In this document: positions 25,911 through 38,544 of the stretch, in pieces
How positions within the stretch are numbered: the first letter of the stretch is position 1
Layout of the letters: the number at the start of each line of letters is the position of its first letter
From: Eledone cirrhosa
Taxonomy: Eukaryota
Direction of reading: 5' to 3'
NCBI GenBank assembly: GCA_964016885.1
Contig: OZ024749.1
Span: forward strand, 53,196,001-53,260,000
DNA length: 64,000 bases
Program-made: the position numbers and the translations under genes
The notes under the pieces: generated by a model
Told to the model about the DNA's origin: nothing
Database searches by the model: none
What the model saw: only the letters and a program-made list of their open reading frames with translations

Positions 25911-26069
25911 ATATTATATATATGCCTATCTACATGGATATAGGATGTGTGTGTATATATATCTATATATCTATATACGATGATGATGATATCTATATCT
26001 CTCTCTCTATATATATATATATGTATGTTGCATTGTGAGATATGTAATACATATATGTGTCTGTGTGTA

Positions 26070-26272
26070 CTGAATTCCACTGAAGCAGGTAGAGAAGTTC
26101 AAGTATCTCTGGGATGTGTACCTGGGTGGTGGAAGGCTGAATTGTGTGCAAGAATTGCAGGAGCTGGTGCAGTAATGCACCAGCTTCACCATTCAGTAAT
26201 CAGAAGAAAGGAGGTAGGTGTAAAAGCCAAACTCGCTATCTTCAATTCAGTATTTGTGCCAACCCTTACCTT
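26070..26272 (+). mobile_element. RTE-type LINE internal fragment
   Basis: Encodes EKFKYLG.. then KAELCARIAGAGAVMHQL..KAKLAIFNSVFVPTLT. Confidence 0.7.
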
Positions 26273-26514
26273 GAGAAGAACAACAAACAATAACATGATT
26301 CAACTAAAATTATACAAGACCAACAACATTTTATGATCCATTCATAACATTGCGATTCATTGAATAACTATGTCAGGAGAACGTTTAACACTAATATTGT
26401 TACCTTTGACAAGAAACCATACAATATATGTCAGGCATCTCTTCTTTAGATAATGTATTTCCTGTTTCTAGGTCAGACAATATTTAAGATAGTTTTTCTC
26501 TAGGTTTTAAAAGG

Positions 26515-26845
26515 AGTGTCATTACACTTCGGAGAAGTAGCAGCTCTACCTGGAGTGACTCTCTGGTCTCCGAGCTTCAAATCTGCCAAGCGATTCTTTC
26601 CTGAGACATTCTAACCTCATGCCTGTAATAACAGAGCTGTGATCTCTCAATTTGGTGAAGTAGCAGCTCTACCTGGAGTGACTCTCTGATCTTTGAGCTA
26701 CAAATCTGTCCAGTAATTCTTTCCTGAGACATTCTAACCTCCTGCCTGTAATATCGGATTTGTGATCGCTCAATTCAGTGAAGTAGTGACTCTACCTGGA
26801 GTGACTCTCTTATCTCGGAGCTATGCACTTTATCGAGTAATATTA
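26515..26845 (-). mobile_element. Tandemly triplicated RTE fragment (~122-bp unit)
   Basis: Three copies of GAAGTAG..CTCTACCTGGAGTGACTCT. Homologous to 57380-57680. Confidence 0.7.
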
Positions 26846-26977
26846 ATCCAAAGACTCTTCATTCCTTTTATTGTTGATAAAGTTAAATACCAGTTAAGTA
26901 CTAAGGTTGATATAATTGACTTATTCCCCCCACTTCTCCAATGTTATTGGGCCTCTGCTGATATTCTAAATCCTTGA

Positions 26978-27170
26978 TGGATTGGCAATATCGATAGAGC
27001 GTCAGACGCCAAACTTTGCAGCATAGAGTTATGGCCCTTTACGTTCTGAGTTCAAGTCCCGCCGAAGTTAACTTTGCCTTTCATCCTGGGCGGGGGGGGG
27101 GTCGATAAAATAAAGTACCAGTAATGTACGGGGGTAATTGTTGGCCTTGTGTCAAAAGTAGAAACAATTA
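26978..27170 (+). mobile_element. SINE family A, near full length
   Basis: Matches head, core and tail. Confidence 0.88.
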
Positions 27171-27852
27171 TTTGAAGTAGAACTTTTAGTAGAAACTCAT
27201 TTCGTCCCGACTTTTGTTTTTACGTTTCGCTTTTTGATTTACTTTCTGAAAATTTCACTTCCGTTTTTTTTTTAATAGCACCCCCAAATAGGATTATACC
27301 CAATAAACAAATGTTATACAAGAGTGACTTCCCTTTAAAAGTAAAGTAAGGAGTTATTTCCCATGAATAAAAGTTAAGATCATGGTAGTCTCCCTTTGTT
27401 GAGACTGTTAATATATACGGAGGCGGAGAATTAACAGTCAATAGAACGTCAGATAGAATGCTTTCTCTTTATCCCTCTCTCTCAACCTCCCCCCCCCCCC
27501 CTCTCTCCCCCCTCTCTCCCCCTCTCTCTCTCCCCCTCTCTCTATTCCTCTCTCTCCCCTCATCTCTCCTCCTCTCTCTCTTCCCCTCTTTCTCTCTCCT
27601 CCTCTCCCCATCTCTCTCCTCCTCTTCCCCTCTCTCTCTGTCCCACTTCCCCTCTCTCTTCCTTCTCTTTATCCCCTCTCCTCCATCTCATACTCTCTCT
27701 GGATAAATCGTCTGTAATCAGACCTGGAGAGGAGATGGTCACCGCCAGGATTAAGACCCCCCCCCCCCCCCCCGAAACGCCGTATGTCACCGAGCCACCC
27801 CTAACGACCCCATCAGACGTTAAGGGTCATAAGAGAGATTGAATACATATAC

Positions 27853-28020
27853 TCGGTGGTGTATGGTCTAGTGGTAAGGATGTTGGACTTAAGATCATAA
27901 TTCCTGGGTTGTGTGTTGTGTTCTTGAGCAAAACACTTCATTTCACGTTGCTCCAGTATACTCAGCTGAAAATGAGTACCAGCTATATCTGGGGGTTTAA
28001 CCCTGCGATGGAATGGTGCT
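27853..28020 (+). mobile_element. tRNA-derived SINE (family B)
   Basis: A-box TGGTCTAGTGGTAAG followed by GTGTTCTTGAGCAAAACACTT. Related copy at 42575-42790 (minus). Confidence 0.7.
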
Positions 28021-29729
28021 TATCGATTTCGAAAAAGGACAATAATTGAACTAAACGGAACGAATATCGTGAAGCCTTTTTATCTGATAATCCGCCACTC
28101 TAACGACTCTGCAAATTGACCACCTAAGCCATCTAGCCAACCAGCCAGCCATCCGCTCAACCAAGCAGCCGTCCATCCGCCCAGCCATCCCACCAACCAA
28201 CCAACCAAGCAGCCGTCCATCCGCCCAGCCATCCCACCAACCAACCAACCAGCCAGCCGTCCAACCAGCTAACTATCACAATGGACATATATATAATCTA
28301 AGGTGGAAATATTGTTGAATATTTACGGTAAATTTCTCCTTTCTCGTTGTTTGTGTCCACAATATAACGCCATTTATGACGTTGGTGTCTTTTGACAAGA
28401 CACAAAAGAGTTCGTCGTTCACAGGAAGGAGAATCAGATGAGATATTGTCAAGTTCGCGCCTATCCATAAGTAGGAGGTGATTTCTATATAATAGTAGTA
28501 GTAGTTGTTATAGTAGTAGTAGTAATAGTGGTGGTAATAGTATTGGTAGTAGTTATAGTAGTAGTAGTAATAGTGGTGGTAGTAGTATTGGTAGTAGTGA
28601 TGGTAGAAGTAGTTGTGGTGGTGGTAGTAGCTAACTTCCTTCTTCGGAGTAAAGGGAAATGAAATCACGAATCTTTTGTGTATTTGGAACATTTGCCAAA
28701 ATACCAGCAACAAATTCCGGTAACGACAACAACAGCAACAAACAACTACAATAACCAACATACAACAACAATATCCAGTAGCAATAACAACAACAACCAA
28801 CCCAGGTTACAACAACAACAGCAATCAACCCAGGTTACAACAACAGCAACAATAACCAGCATACAACAACAATATCTGGTAACAACAACAAATATCAACA
28901 ACAACATATAGGTGTACATGAAGAGTTATGACAGTTTTAAAAAGACAAAAACAACGACAATAGCAATATAAAGACCTGTGATAATGACTTTAATAATAAT
29001 TGTGATAATGGCGACAGTGACGACAACAGCAACAACATAAAATAAGATAAAACAAAATAAAATAAATGAATAAAATAAAAATAGAAATAAAAATGATGAA
29101 ATCGAATAAATAAATAAATAAAGCTTTAAGTTGCACGCCTGAATCTAACCGTCAATATGATGGAAGAGATTCGGTCGTAGGTCAGTTGCAAGGAATTGTG
29201 GGAGATATAGAAAAAAAAAAAGAACAAAAAAGAAGAAAAACAAATGAAAGGAGAGCAAAAACAACAAAAAAAGAACATTAAAATAGTAAAAATAGTTACG
29301 ATTAAGTGAATACGTTGCAAGATGAATATCCGACGAGGACATTTCCAAGGTATTATTAAGAACACACACACACGCGCACACGCACGCGCACGCGCACGCG
29401 CACGCACACGCACACGCACACGCACACGCACACACACACACACACATACATACATACATACATACATACATACATACACATGTATGTATGTATGTATGTA
29501 TGTGTATGTATGTATGTATGTATATATATGTATATATATATATATATATATATACATACATACTTACTGTAAATATTGATGCAATTCATTTCAAGCACTC
29601 AACGTGATTTTTCCGCATAGGGAGTGACGGAGTATATTTAGAATAAGAAAATGAGAAGTAGTTTCAGATGTTATAGTAAGGTACGCAATACATTAATAGA
29701 GTGTATATAACAAATTTAATATAGAAATG

Positions 29730-29779
29730 GCTTCTACAGGATTAGAGTTATTTCATTCGAAGGAAATCATCAGGAAAGC
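29730..29779 (-). ncRNA. Type I hammerhead ribozyme motif
   Basis: GCUUUC CUGAUGA UUUC CUUC GAAU GAAA UA..UG UA/GAAGC. A degenerate tandem copy lies at ~29819-29862 and a family member at 42254. Confidence 0.55.
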
Positions 29780-29908
29780 TTTAAATTTTTTATATATATA
29801 TATTTAATATAGAAATGGCTTCTACAGGACTAGAACTGTTTCATTTGGAGGAAATAATCAGTATTGAGTACCTTACTTAATGTGATTACCCCCAATTGAA
29901 CCCGGGAT

Positions 29909-29952
<44 letters not shown>

Positions 29953-30478
29953 GTGTGTGTTTGTGTGTGAGATGGACCGGTATTTCACAATGAAATGAAA
30001 AGGAAATACAAGATAAGAGGGACGAGAGAGAAAGAGAGAGAGGTCGACGAAAGAAAGGAACTGATTAGATTTAAAGAGAACAGCCACCCATCTTTTTACT
30101 CGTAACATTTGATAACTAAATCCCGTTAAACGAACGACATCGTAGTTGTGAAAAGAAATTATGCTAAAGCAGAAAGGTATTATTTTATATATTATTCACT
30201 TGTTTGATTTTCATTCTATGCTTGATTTTAATAAACACGTTTACATCAAAGTTAATTAATGTTGATAATAATATCTTCTCTTTTCCTCGTATGATAAAAA
30301 AAAAAAATAAAAAAAATGATTGTTTATCTTTTAAACTGGAAATAAATTTGATTCTTTAATAAGTGGAATCTAAAATGATTGCATTTGAAATCTGCTTGAA
30401 TGATTATGATTAATATCTAATTTGTAAAATAAGTAAAAAATAATCACGTATTGATTAGTGAGCGTGCATGTATGTATG

Positions 30479-30509
<31 letters not shown>

Positions 30510-30617
30510 CTAAGTAAATGTATATATATATATATATATACATATATATGTGTGTGTCTAAATATATATGTATATATATATGTATATATATATAATGTGT
30601 GTGTCTAAGTAAATGTG

Positions 30618-30650
<33 letters not shown>

Positions 30651-30657
30651 CTAAATA

Positions 30658-30698
<41 letters not shown>

Positions 30699-30976
30699 GG
30701 AATAGAATGAAACGAAATTTCATTTCTCACTCTTAGTACGGCACTTACTTAAATGTAAGTATGTATGTATGTATACGTACATACATATATGTATACAGAC
30801 GTACAGTAGTATGTATATATATACATACATGCACACATATATACATGCACGTATCGGTTTACCGAACATTTATTATAATGTTCGGTTTGTTTGTTTGTAA
30901 ACAAGCAAACAGCCCGAATTACGCCGTACAGTGTTTAGGCAACCACGCCACCTTTTTGTTCAACACTGACACAGGA

Positions 30977-31017
30977 ACGATGTACTAGTTTCAAGCTTAT
31001 TAGCTATCGTCAGCATC

Positions 31018-31019
<2 letters not shown>
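30977..31019 (-). ncRNA. Minimal type I hammerhead ribozyme
   Basis: ACGAUG CUGACGA U AGCU AAUA AGCU U GAAA CUAG UA/CAUCGU. 6-bp stem I and palindromic stem III. Confidence 0.85.
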
Positions 31020-31069
<50 letters not shown>

Positions 31070-31199
31070 TTTCTCTTTCTCTCTCTGTGTGTAGGTATAT
31101 ATATATATGTATGTAAAAGGTAAACAGAAATAACAACACAATCGGTACAGTATATGGAAGGTATATATTAGGTTAACGCTTGATTTAGCAGGAAGAGGG

Positions 31200-31235
31200 T
31201 CTTAACGTTTCGGACGCTAGTCCTTCATCAGAAGA
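31200..31235 (-). ncRNA. Minimal type I hammerhead ribozyme
   Basis: UCUU CUGAUGA A GGAC UAGC GUCC GAAA CG UU/AAGA. Confidence 0.75.
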
Positions 31236-31382
31236 AAGAATGAGAAATAGGATAGATTGAGGGGACCAGCAGGTCGGTAGCATTGGTTTCCAGCCGTGGA
31301 TGTAGCTTAGGTAGTACATATGAACTTCCACATGCTTGGCCTTCCTTCAGGCAACTATAAACAAAGATAGCCGACGTTATAT

Positions 31383-31552
31383 ATTGGCAGTATCGGTAGA
31401 GGGTCGGACGCCATGCTTTGCAGCAAAGAGTTACCTCCCTTTATGATATGAGTTCAAATCCCGCCGAGGTTAACTTTGCCTTTCATCCTTACGGCGTCGA
31501 TAAAATAAAGTACCAGTAATGCACTGGGATAATTACTGGCCTTGTGCCAAAA
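31383..31552 (+). mobile_element. SINE family A, near full length
   Basis: Matches head, core and tail. Confidence 0.88.
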
Positions 31553-31643
31553 GAGGTCACAGCCAATGATATATATATATATATGTAAAATAATTAAGTC
31601 AAATATGTAAAATTTGGCTTCGTTTATTATAAATTAAAGATAT

Positions 31644-31701
31644 ACTGCTATATATATTTCGGTGACAGCCATCATTGGCTGTCACCTCTTCTTCAGGCAG
31701 T
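31644..31701 (-). ncRNA. Type I hammerhead ribozyme
   Basis: ACUGC CUGAAGA AGA GGUGACAGCC AAUGAU GGCUGUCACC GAAA UAUAUA UA/GCAGU. Perfect 10-bp stem II and 5-bp stem I. Confidence 0.82.
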
Positions 31702-31887
31702 CCGAATTGGTGTGGGAAAGACAGGTACACATGTTGTTGAAGTGTGTTTTACTTCGTCAATACATCGATATGTCCAGCTCCTGGTTGTGTTATTTCCCTC
31801 GTCGAGTGCTCCAATCTGCATACTGAGGTGTCGGTAAACAACCAACATATACTCAATATATACATATATAGTTATATATATATAACG

Positions 31888-31963
31888 TTGTTTTATCTGA
31901 CGAACGAGCTAGATGTTTCTGTAATAATCATCTAGTTTCTCGAAACCTTCGGTAATGAAATAA
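31888..31963 (+). ncRNA. Type I hammerhead ribozyme
   Basis: UUGUUUUAU CUGACGA ..CUAGAUG..CAUCUAG.. GAAA CC UUC GG UA/AUGAAAUAA. Confidence 0.75.
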
Positions 31964-32036
31964 TTATATTATGTTTATTATGTGATTATATATATGTATA
32001 TCATATATAAATCATTTTTTCATTACCATTATAAGG

Positions 32037-32121
32037 GGTCTGACGAGCCGTGGATTACAGAGTCGGGCTTGATGGATACAGATCGAACCTTGAGCTGATC
32101 AGTGTCGAAACGCGCGTCACC
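32037..32121 (+). ncRNA. Type I hammerhead-like motif with long stem II region
   Basis: GGU CUGACGA G...C GAAA CGCGCG UC/ACC. Palindromic stem III and GUC site, but stem I is only 3 bp. Confidence 0.6.
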
Positions 32122-32231
32122 AGCCAATAAACGTAATGAAGGAGTAACCACTCTGTCTAGCTCTACACCTCGACTCAGAAGTGAACCTAAACATCGAGTG
32201 CTCACCCGAGTGACTCCAAGTTACACTCCCT

Positions 32232-32264
<33 letters not shown>

Positions 32265-32271
<7 letters not shown>

Positions 32272-32380
32272 GACCCCGACGGCAGAGCTCAAGCCGTTTC
32301 GACGGCTATTTCTGGACGGCTATTTGATTCCAGAAATAGCCGTCGAAACGGCTTGAGCTCTGCCGTCGGGGTCTTGAATA
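32265..32380. repeat. Perfect 52-bp inverted repeat (foldback of a hammerhead 3' half)
   Basis: Arms 32265-32316 and 32329-32380 are exact reverse complements. The arm contains GAAACGGC-loop-GCCGTC/GGGGTC. Confidence 0.92.
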
Positions 32381-33289
32381 TTTTCCTATATATGTATATA
32401 TGAGGTAGAGGAACGACGATGATGATGATAATAATGATAATAATAATGATGGTGATGGCGATGGTGATGGTAGTGATAATGATGATGATAGTGGTGGTGG
32501 TGGTGGTGGTGGTGGTAGTGATAATGATGGTGGTGGTGGTGGTGGTAATGATGATGATAGTGGTGGTGGCGGTGGTGGTGGTGGTAATGATGATGATAGT
32601 GGTGGTGGTGGTGGTGGTGGTAATGATGATGATAGTGGTGGTGGTGGTGGTGAAGAAGACGAAAGGCTCTTCTGTAATTCCGTGTTGACGCCATCAAGTA
32701 GAATAATTTCACAATAAAACACTTTTTAGACGCCATTGTAAATATTGGTGGTGGCGTGGTGTGGTGTGGCGTGGTGGTGGTGTGGTGTGGCGTGGTGGTG
32801 GTGTGGTGTGGCGTGGTGGTGGTGTGGTGTGGCGTGGTGGTGGTGTGGTGTGGCGTGGTGGTGGTGTGGTGTGGCGTGGTGTGGTGTGGTGTGGTGTGGG
32901 GGGGTGTGGCGTGGCGTGGTGGTGGTGTGTGTGTGTCCATGTGTGTGTGTGGTATATATGTAATGTATGTGTATAAATATTGGTGAGGACTGTGGTGTGT
33001 GTGTCTGTGTTGTTGTTGTTGTTGGTGTGTGTAGTTATGTGAGTGAGAAGGAGAGGATAATCCTATGTCGGCTGAACTCACTCCCCCCTCTCTCTACCCC
33101 CTCTCTACCCCCCTCTCTACCCCCCTCTCTACCCCCTCTCTACCCCCCTCTCTACCCCCTCTCTACCCCCCTCTCTACACCCCTCTCTCTACCCCCTCTC
33201 TACCCCCTCTCTCTACCCCTCTCTCTATATATATATAATGTGTGCGTATGTATAATATATATATATATATTATATAGACATATACACAT

Positions 33290-34412
33290 ATGTCTATATA
33301 ATATATGATATGTAATATATACATGTGTATGCCTATATATATGTATATATATATGTCTATAATGTCTATATAATATATATATATGTCTGTAATATATATA
33401 CATATGTATATACATGTGTATGTCTATATACATGTGCATGTCTATATAATATATACATGTGTATGTCTATATAATATATACATGTGTATGTCTATATAAT
33501 ATATACATGTGTATGTCTATATAATATATACATGTGTATGTCTATATAATATATACATGTGTATGTCTGTTATATATACATGTGTATGTCTATATAATAT
33601 ATACATGTGTATGTCTATATAATATATACATGTGTATGTCTATATAATATATACTTGTGTATGTCTATATAATATATACTTGTGTATGTCTATATAATAT
33701 ATACTTGTGTATGTCTATATAATATATACTTGTGTATGTCTATATAATATATACTTGTGTATGTCTATATAATATATACATGTGTATATCTATATAATAT
33801 ATACATGTGTATGTCTATATAATATCTCTATATAATATATACATGTGTATGTCTATGTTATATATACATGTGTATGTCTATATAATATATACATGTGTAT
33901 GTCTATATAATATATACATGTGTATGTCTATATATCTCTATATAATATATACATGTGTATGTCTATATAATATATACGTGTGTATGTCTCTATAATATAT
34001 ACTTGTGTATGTCTATATAATATATACATGTGTATGTCTATATAATATCTCTATATAATATATACATGTGTATGTCTATATAATATATACATGTGTATGT
34101 CTGTTATATATACATGTGTATGTCTATATAATATATACATGTGTATGTCTATATAATATATACTTGTGTATGTCTATATAATATATACATGTGTATGTCT
34201 ATATACATGTGTATGTCTATATAATATATACATGTGTGTCTATATGTTATATATACATGTGTATGTCTATATGTTATATATACATGTGTATGTCTATATG
34301 TTATATATACATGTGTATGTCTATATAATATATACATGTGTATGTCTACATGTTATATATACATGTGTATGTCTACATGTTATATATACATGTGTATGTC
34401 TACATGTTATAC
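33290..34412. repeat. 25-bp AT-rich minisatellite
   Basis: Unit TATATAATATATACATGTGTATGTC with variants. Confidence 0.93.
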
Positions 34413-34504
34413 TATGTCAATGGTGTTTCTCCATTATATACTTCTACAGTAATGGTATAAAGCTGATTAAATATAACGGGAAATATGAAGGAGAGATTGA
34501 GGGG

Positions 34505-34539
<35 letters not shown>

Positions 34540-34713
34540 GTAGAGATAGAGGGGTATATATATATATATATATATTAGAGATAGATAGATAGAGATTGAT
34601 TGATAGATAGAGGGATATATATACATATATATATATATGTATATGCCAAATTAAAAAATAAGAGGAAATAATAGACAAAAATCTCTCCTCCCCCTCTATA
34701 TATATAGAGAGAA

Positions 34714-34768
<55 letters not shown>

Positions 34769-34812
34769 GTGATTAGCAGCTAAAGTAGAGTAGGAAATAT
34801 TGCCGTCTAACA

Positions 34813-36669
34813 TGTCTTGCTGTAGATATCTCCTGATATAATGTCTTGCTGTAGATATCTCCTGATATAATGTCTTGCTGTAGATATCTCCTGATATATT
34901 GTCTTGCTGTAGATATCTCCTGATATATTGTCTTGCTGTAGATATCTCCTGATATATTGTCTTGCTGTAGATATCTCCTGATATAATGTCTTGCTGTAGA
35001 TATCTCCTGATATATTGTCTTGCTGTAGATATCTCCTGATATAATGTCTTGCTGTAGATATCTCCTGATATAATGTCTTGCTGTAGATATCTCCTGATAT
35101 ATTGTCTTGCTGTAGATATCTCCTGATATAATGTCTTGCTGTAGATATCTCCTGATATAATGTCTTGCTGTAGATATCTCCTGATATATTGTCTTGCTGT
35201 ATATATCTCCTGATATAATGTCTTGCTGTAGATATCTCCTGATATATTGTCTTGCTGTAGATATCTCCTGATATAATGTCTTGCTGTAGATATCTCCTGA
35301 TATAATGTCTTGCTGTAGATATCTCCTGATATATTGTCTTGCTGTAGATATCTCCTGATATATTGTCTTGCTGTAGATATCTCCTGATATATTGTCTTGC
35401 TGTAGATATCTCCTGATATAATGTCTTGCTGTAGATATCTCCTGATATATTGTCTTGCTGTAGATATCTCCTGATATAATGTCTTGCTGTAGATATCTCC
35501 TGATATAATGTCTTGCTGTAGATATCTCCTGATATAATGTCTTGCTGTAGATATCTCCTGATATATTGTCTTGCTGTAGATATCTCCTGATATATTGTCT
35601 TGCTGTAGATATCTCCTGATATAATGTCTTGCTGTAGATATCTCCTGATATATTGTCTTGCTGTAGATATCTCCTGATATATTGTCTTGCTGTAGATATC
35701 TCCAGATATAATGTCTTGCTGTAGATATCTCCTGATATATTGTCTTGCTGTAGATATCTCCTGATATAATGTCTTGCTGTAGATATCTCCTGATATAATG
35801 TCTTGCTGTAGATATCTCCTGATATAATGTCTTGCTGTAGATATCTCCTGATATATTGTCTTGCTGTAGATATCTCCTGATATATTGTCTTGCTGTAGAT
35901 ATCTCCTGATATATTGTCTTGCTGTAGATATCTCCTGATATAATGTCTTGCTGTAGATATCTCCTGATATATTGTCTTGCTGTAGATATCTCCTGATATA
36001 ATGTCTTGCTGTAGATATCTCCTGATATAATGTCTTGCTGTAGATATCTCCTGATATAATGTCTTGCTGTAGATATCTCCTGATATAATGTCTTGCTGTA
36101 GATATCTCCTGATATAATGTCTTGCTGTAGATATCTCCTGATATAATGTCTTGCTGTAGATATCTCCTGATATAATGTCTTGCTGTAGATATCTCCTGAT
36201 ATATTGTCTTGCTGTAGATATCTCCTGATATATTGTCTTGCTGTAGATATCTCCTGATATAATGTCTTGCTGTAGATATCTCCTGATATAATGTCTTGCT
36301 GTAGATATCTCCTGATATATTGTCTTGCTGTAGATATCTCCTGATATATTGTCTTGCTGTAGATATCTCCTGATATAATGTCTTGCTGTAGATATCTCCT
36401 GATATATTGTCTTGCTGTAGATATCTCCTGATATAATGTCTTGCTGTAGATATCTCCTGATATAATGTCTTGCTGTAGATATCTCCTGATATAATGTCTT
36501 GCTGTAGATATCTCCTGATATATTGTCTTGCTGTAGATATCTCCTGATATATTGTCTTGCTGTAGATATCTCCTGATATATTGTCTTGCTGTAGATATCT
36601 CCTGATATAATGTCTTGCTGTAGATATCTCCTGATATATTGTCTTGCTGTAGATATCTCCTGATATATT
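34813..36669. repeat. 29-bp satellite, ~64 units
   Basis: Unit TGTCTTGCTGTAGATATCTCCTGATATA(A/T), almost invariant except for the last base. Confidence 0.97.
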
Positions 36670-36817
36670 GGACGAATGAGGAATTAGGAAAATGGTTCGA
36701 AGATGAGAATAAAAACCATTTCCTTCAGTGTTGAGTGGATATTAGAGAAACAACTGGACATACTCCTAGCTTAATAGAATGACTTACATGGAGAACAGAA
36801 CTGTAAATAGATGTGGA

Positions 36818-37150
36818 TAGGGAGACAGGGTGACAGAGTGACGGGGAGACAGACTGACAGAGTGACAGGGAGACAGGCTGACAGGGAGACAGGCTGACAG
36901 AGTGACAGGCTGACAGTGACAGGGAGACAGGCTGACAGAGTGACAGGGAGACAGACTGACAGAGTGACAAGAAAACAGGCTGACAGGGAGACAGGCTGAC
37001 AGAGTGACAGGGAGACAGGCTGACAGAGTGACAGGGAGACAGACTGACAGAGTGACAGGCTGACAGAGTGACAGGCTGACAGGGAGACAGGCTGACAGGG
37101 AGACAGGCTGACAGGCTCACAGGAAGACTGACAGTGACAGGATGACAGGC
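36818..37150. repeat. GACAG-based degenerate minisatellite
   Basis: TGACAGAG / TGACAGGGA / GACAGGC modules. Confidence 0.85.
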
Positions 37151-37812
37151 AAGGAAATGTGTGGTGTACTTAGAGACATTGCTATTATATAATGATATGA
37201 ATGAAAAGATTGGTAAAAAGATTTATTTATAGGAGTGATGCTAGAGCTGTGAAATCTAGCATTGCATTAATTTCAACTCTTCTTATTAAGTTTCTTTCCA
37301 GAGACTATGTTGAAAAATAAATCTCATTTGGTCATTCCATGAGAGTATCTTGGTCAGCCTATGAACTTTTCACCCGGCATTCGTATTTGGTGCCGTTTAT
37401 TTATCGATCTCGAAAGGATGACCAAAGATGACCTTAGAGGGATTTTAACTGAGAGGGACGGGGAAGAGAGAGAGAGACGGGAGTGGGAGAGAGAGAAACG
37501 GGGGTGAGAGAGAGATAGAAAGAATGAAAGAGAGAGAGAGAGAGAGAGAGCGAGAGAGTCGGAACAAATACCACAAAATATTCTACCCGAAGTCTCTAAC
37601 AACTTTGACCGGGAGAAGGGAATATTGTGTTGTGATATACTTTCAAATTAGGGTTAAGTGGCTATCGGGTAACGGGTATCGAATATCAGATATTGGATAT
37701 CGGGTATCGATATCAGTCAATAATTCATTAACTTTCTATCGTAAAGATCTGATCTAGTTGGATAGTTTCCCGGTTGTTGCAGTCTAGGACTGGGGTCGAT
37801 TCTTCTTTTATA

Positions 37813-37853
<41 letters not shown>

Positions 37854-38036
37854 CCCCTCCCCCTCTCTGAAAGATATCAGTTACGTCCAGGCTTGGAAAG
37901 GAGATGAGCTCGGACAAGATTCTAATGCCTAAGATACGCTACATATCACTACACCCCTCCATCAGGAGTCAGGGGCGCACAGACACACACACACAGACAC
38001 ACACACACAGACACACACACACAGACACACACATGT

Positions 38037-38120
38037 ATAGTGAAATTCCGTTATAACGAAATTCACGGGGTTTTAAAGAAAATTAATTGTAACGAAACAT
38101 TCTTTATAACGAGATCGACC
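38037..38120 (+). mobile_element. Possible Tigger/pogo-like DNA transposon end
   Basis: TA-TAGTGAAATTCCGTTATAACGA with repeated TTATAACGA motifs. No partner TIR found. Confidence 0.35.
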
Positions 38121-38193
38121 TAACACACCGAGCGTGTGGCCGGGGATTGAAAAAATAATCGTTTAAATTAGCTTAAAGCTTTCTCTGTTATTG

Positions 38194-38235
<42 letters not shown>

Positions 38236-38352
38236 GATAACAAAAAATCGTTATAGGTAATCCAATTAGACAACTTTATCAGTGAAACAATTGTTAGACT
38301 GCAAATAAATCCCGCTTTTTGAACTGTTGACCATGTTATTCTCCACTTTTTC

Positions 38353-38400
<48 letters not shown>

Positions 38401-38507
38401 AAAAGGTAAACAGAAATAACAACACAATCGCTACAATATATGGAAGGGATATATTAGGTTAACGATTGATATAGCAGGAATACACACACACACACACGTA
38501 TATATAT

Positions 38508-38544
<37 letters not shown>

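Noticed and set aside
29130-29192. Imperfect hairpin as possible pre-miRNA
   Set aside because: Loop too small, stem too interrupted, and no recognisable mature sequence.
34813-36669. CRISPR-like 29-bp repeat or encoded binary message
   Set aside because: No spacers. A two-state variant is common in minisatellites.
36780-36812. Possible 13-nt minus-strand microexon (TTTACAG|TTCTGTTCTCCAT|GTAAGT)
   Set aside because: Splice motifs alone occur by chance, the length is not a multiple of three, and there are no supporting neighbouring exons.
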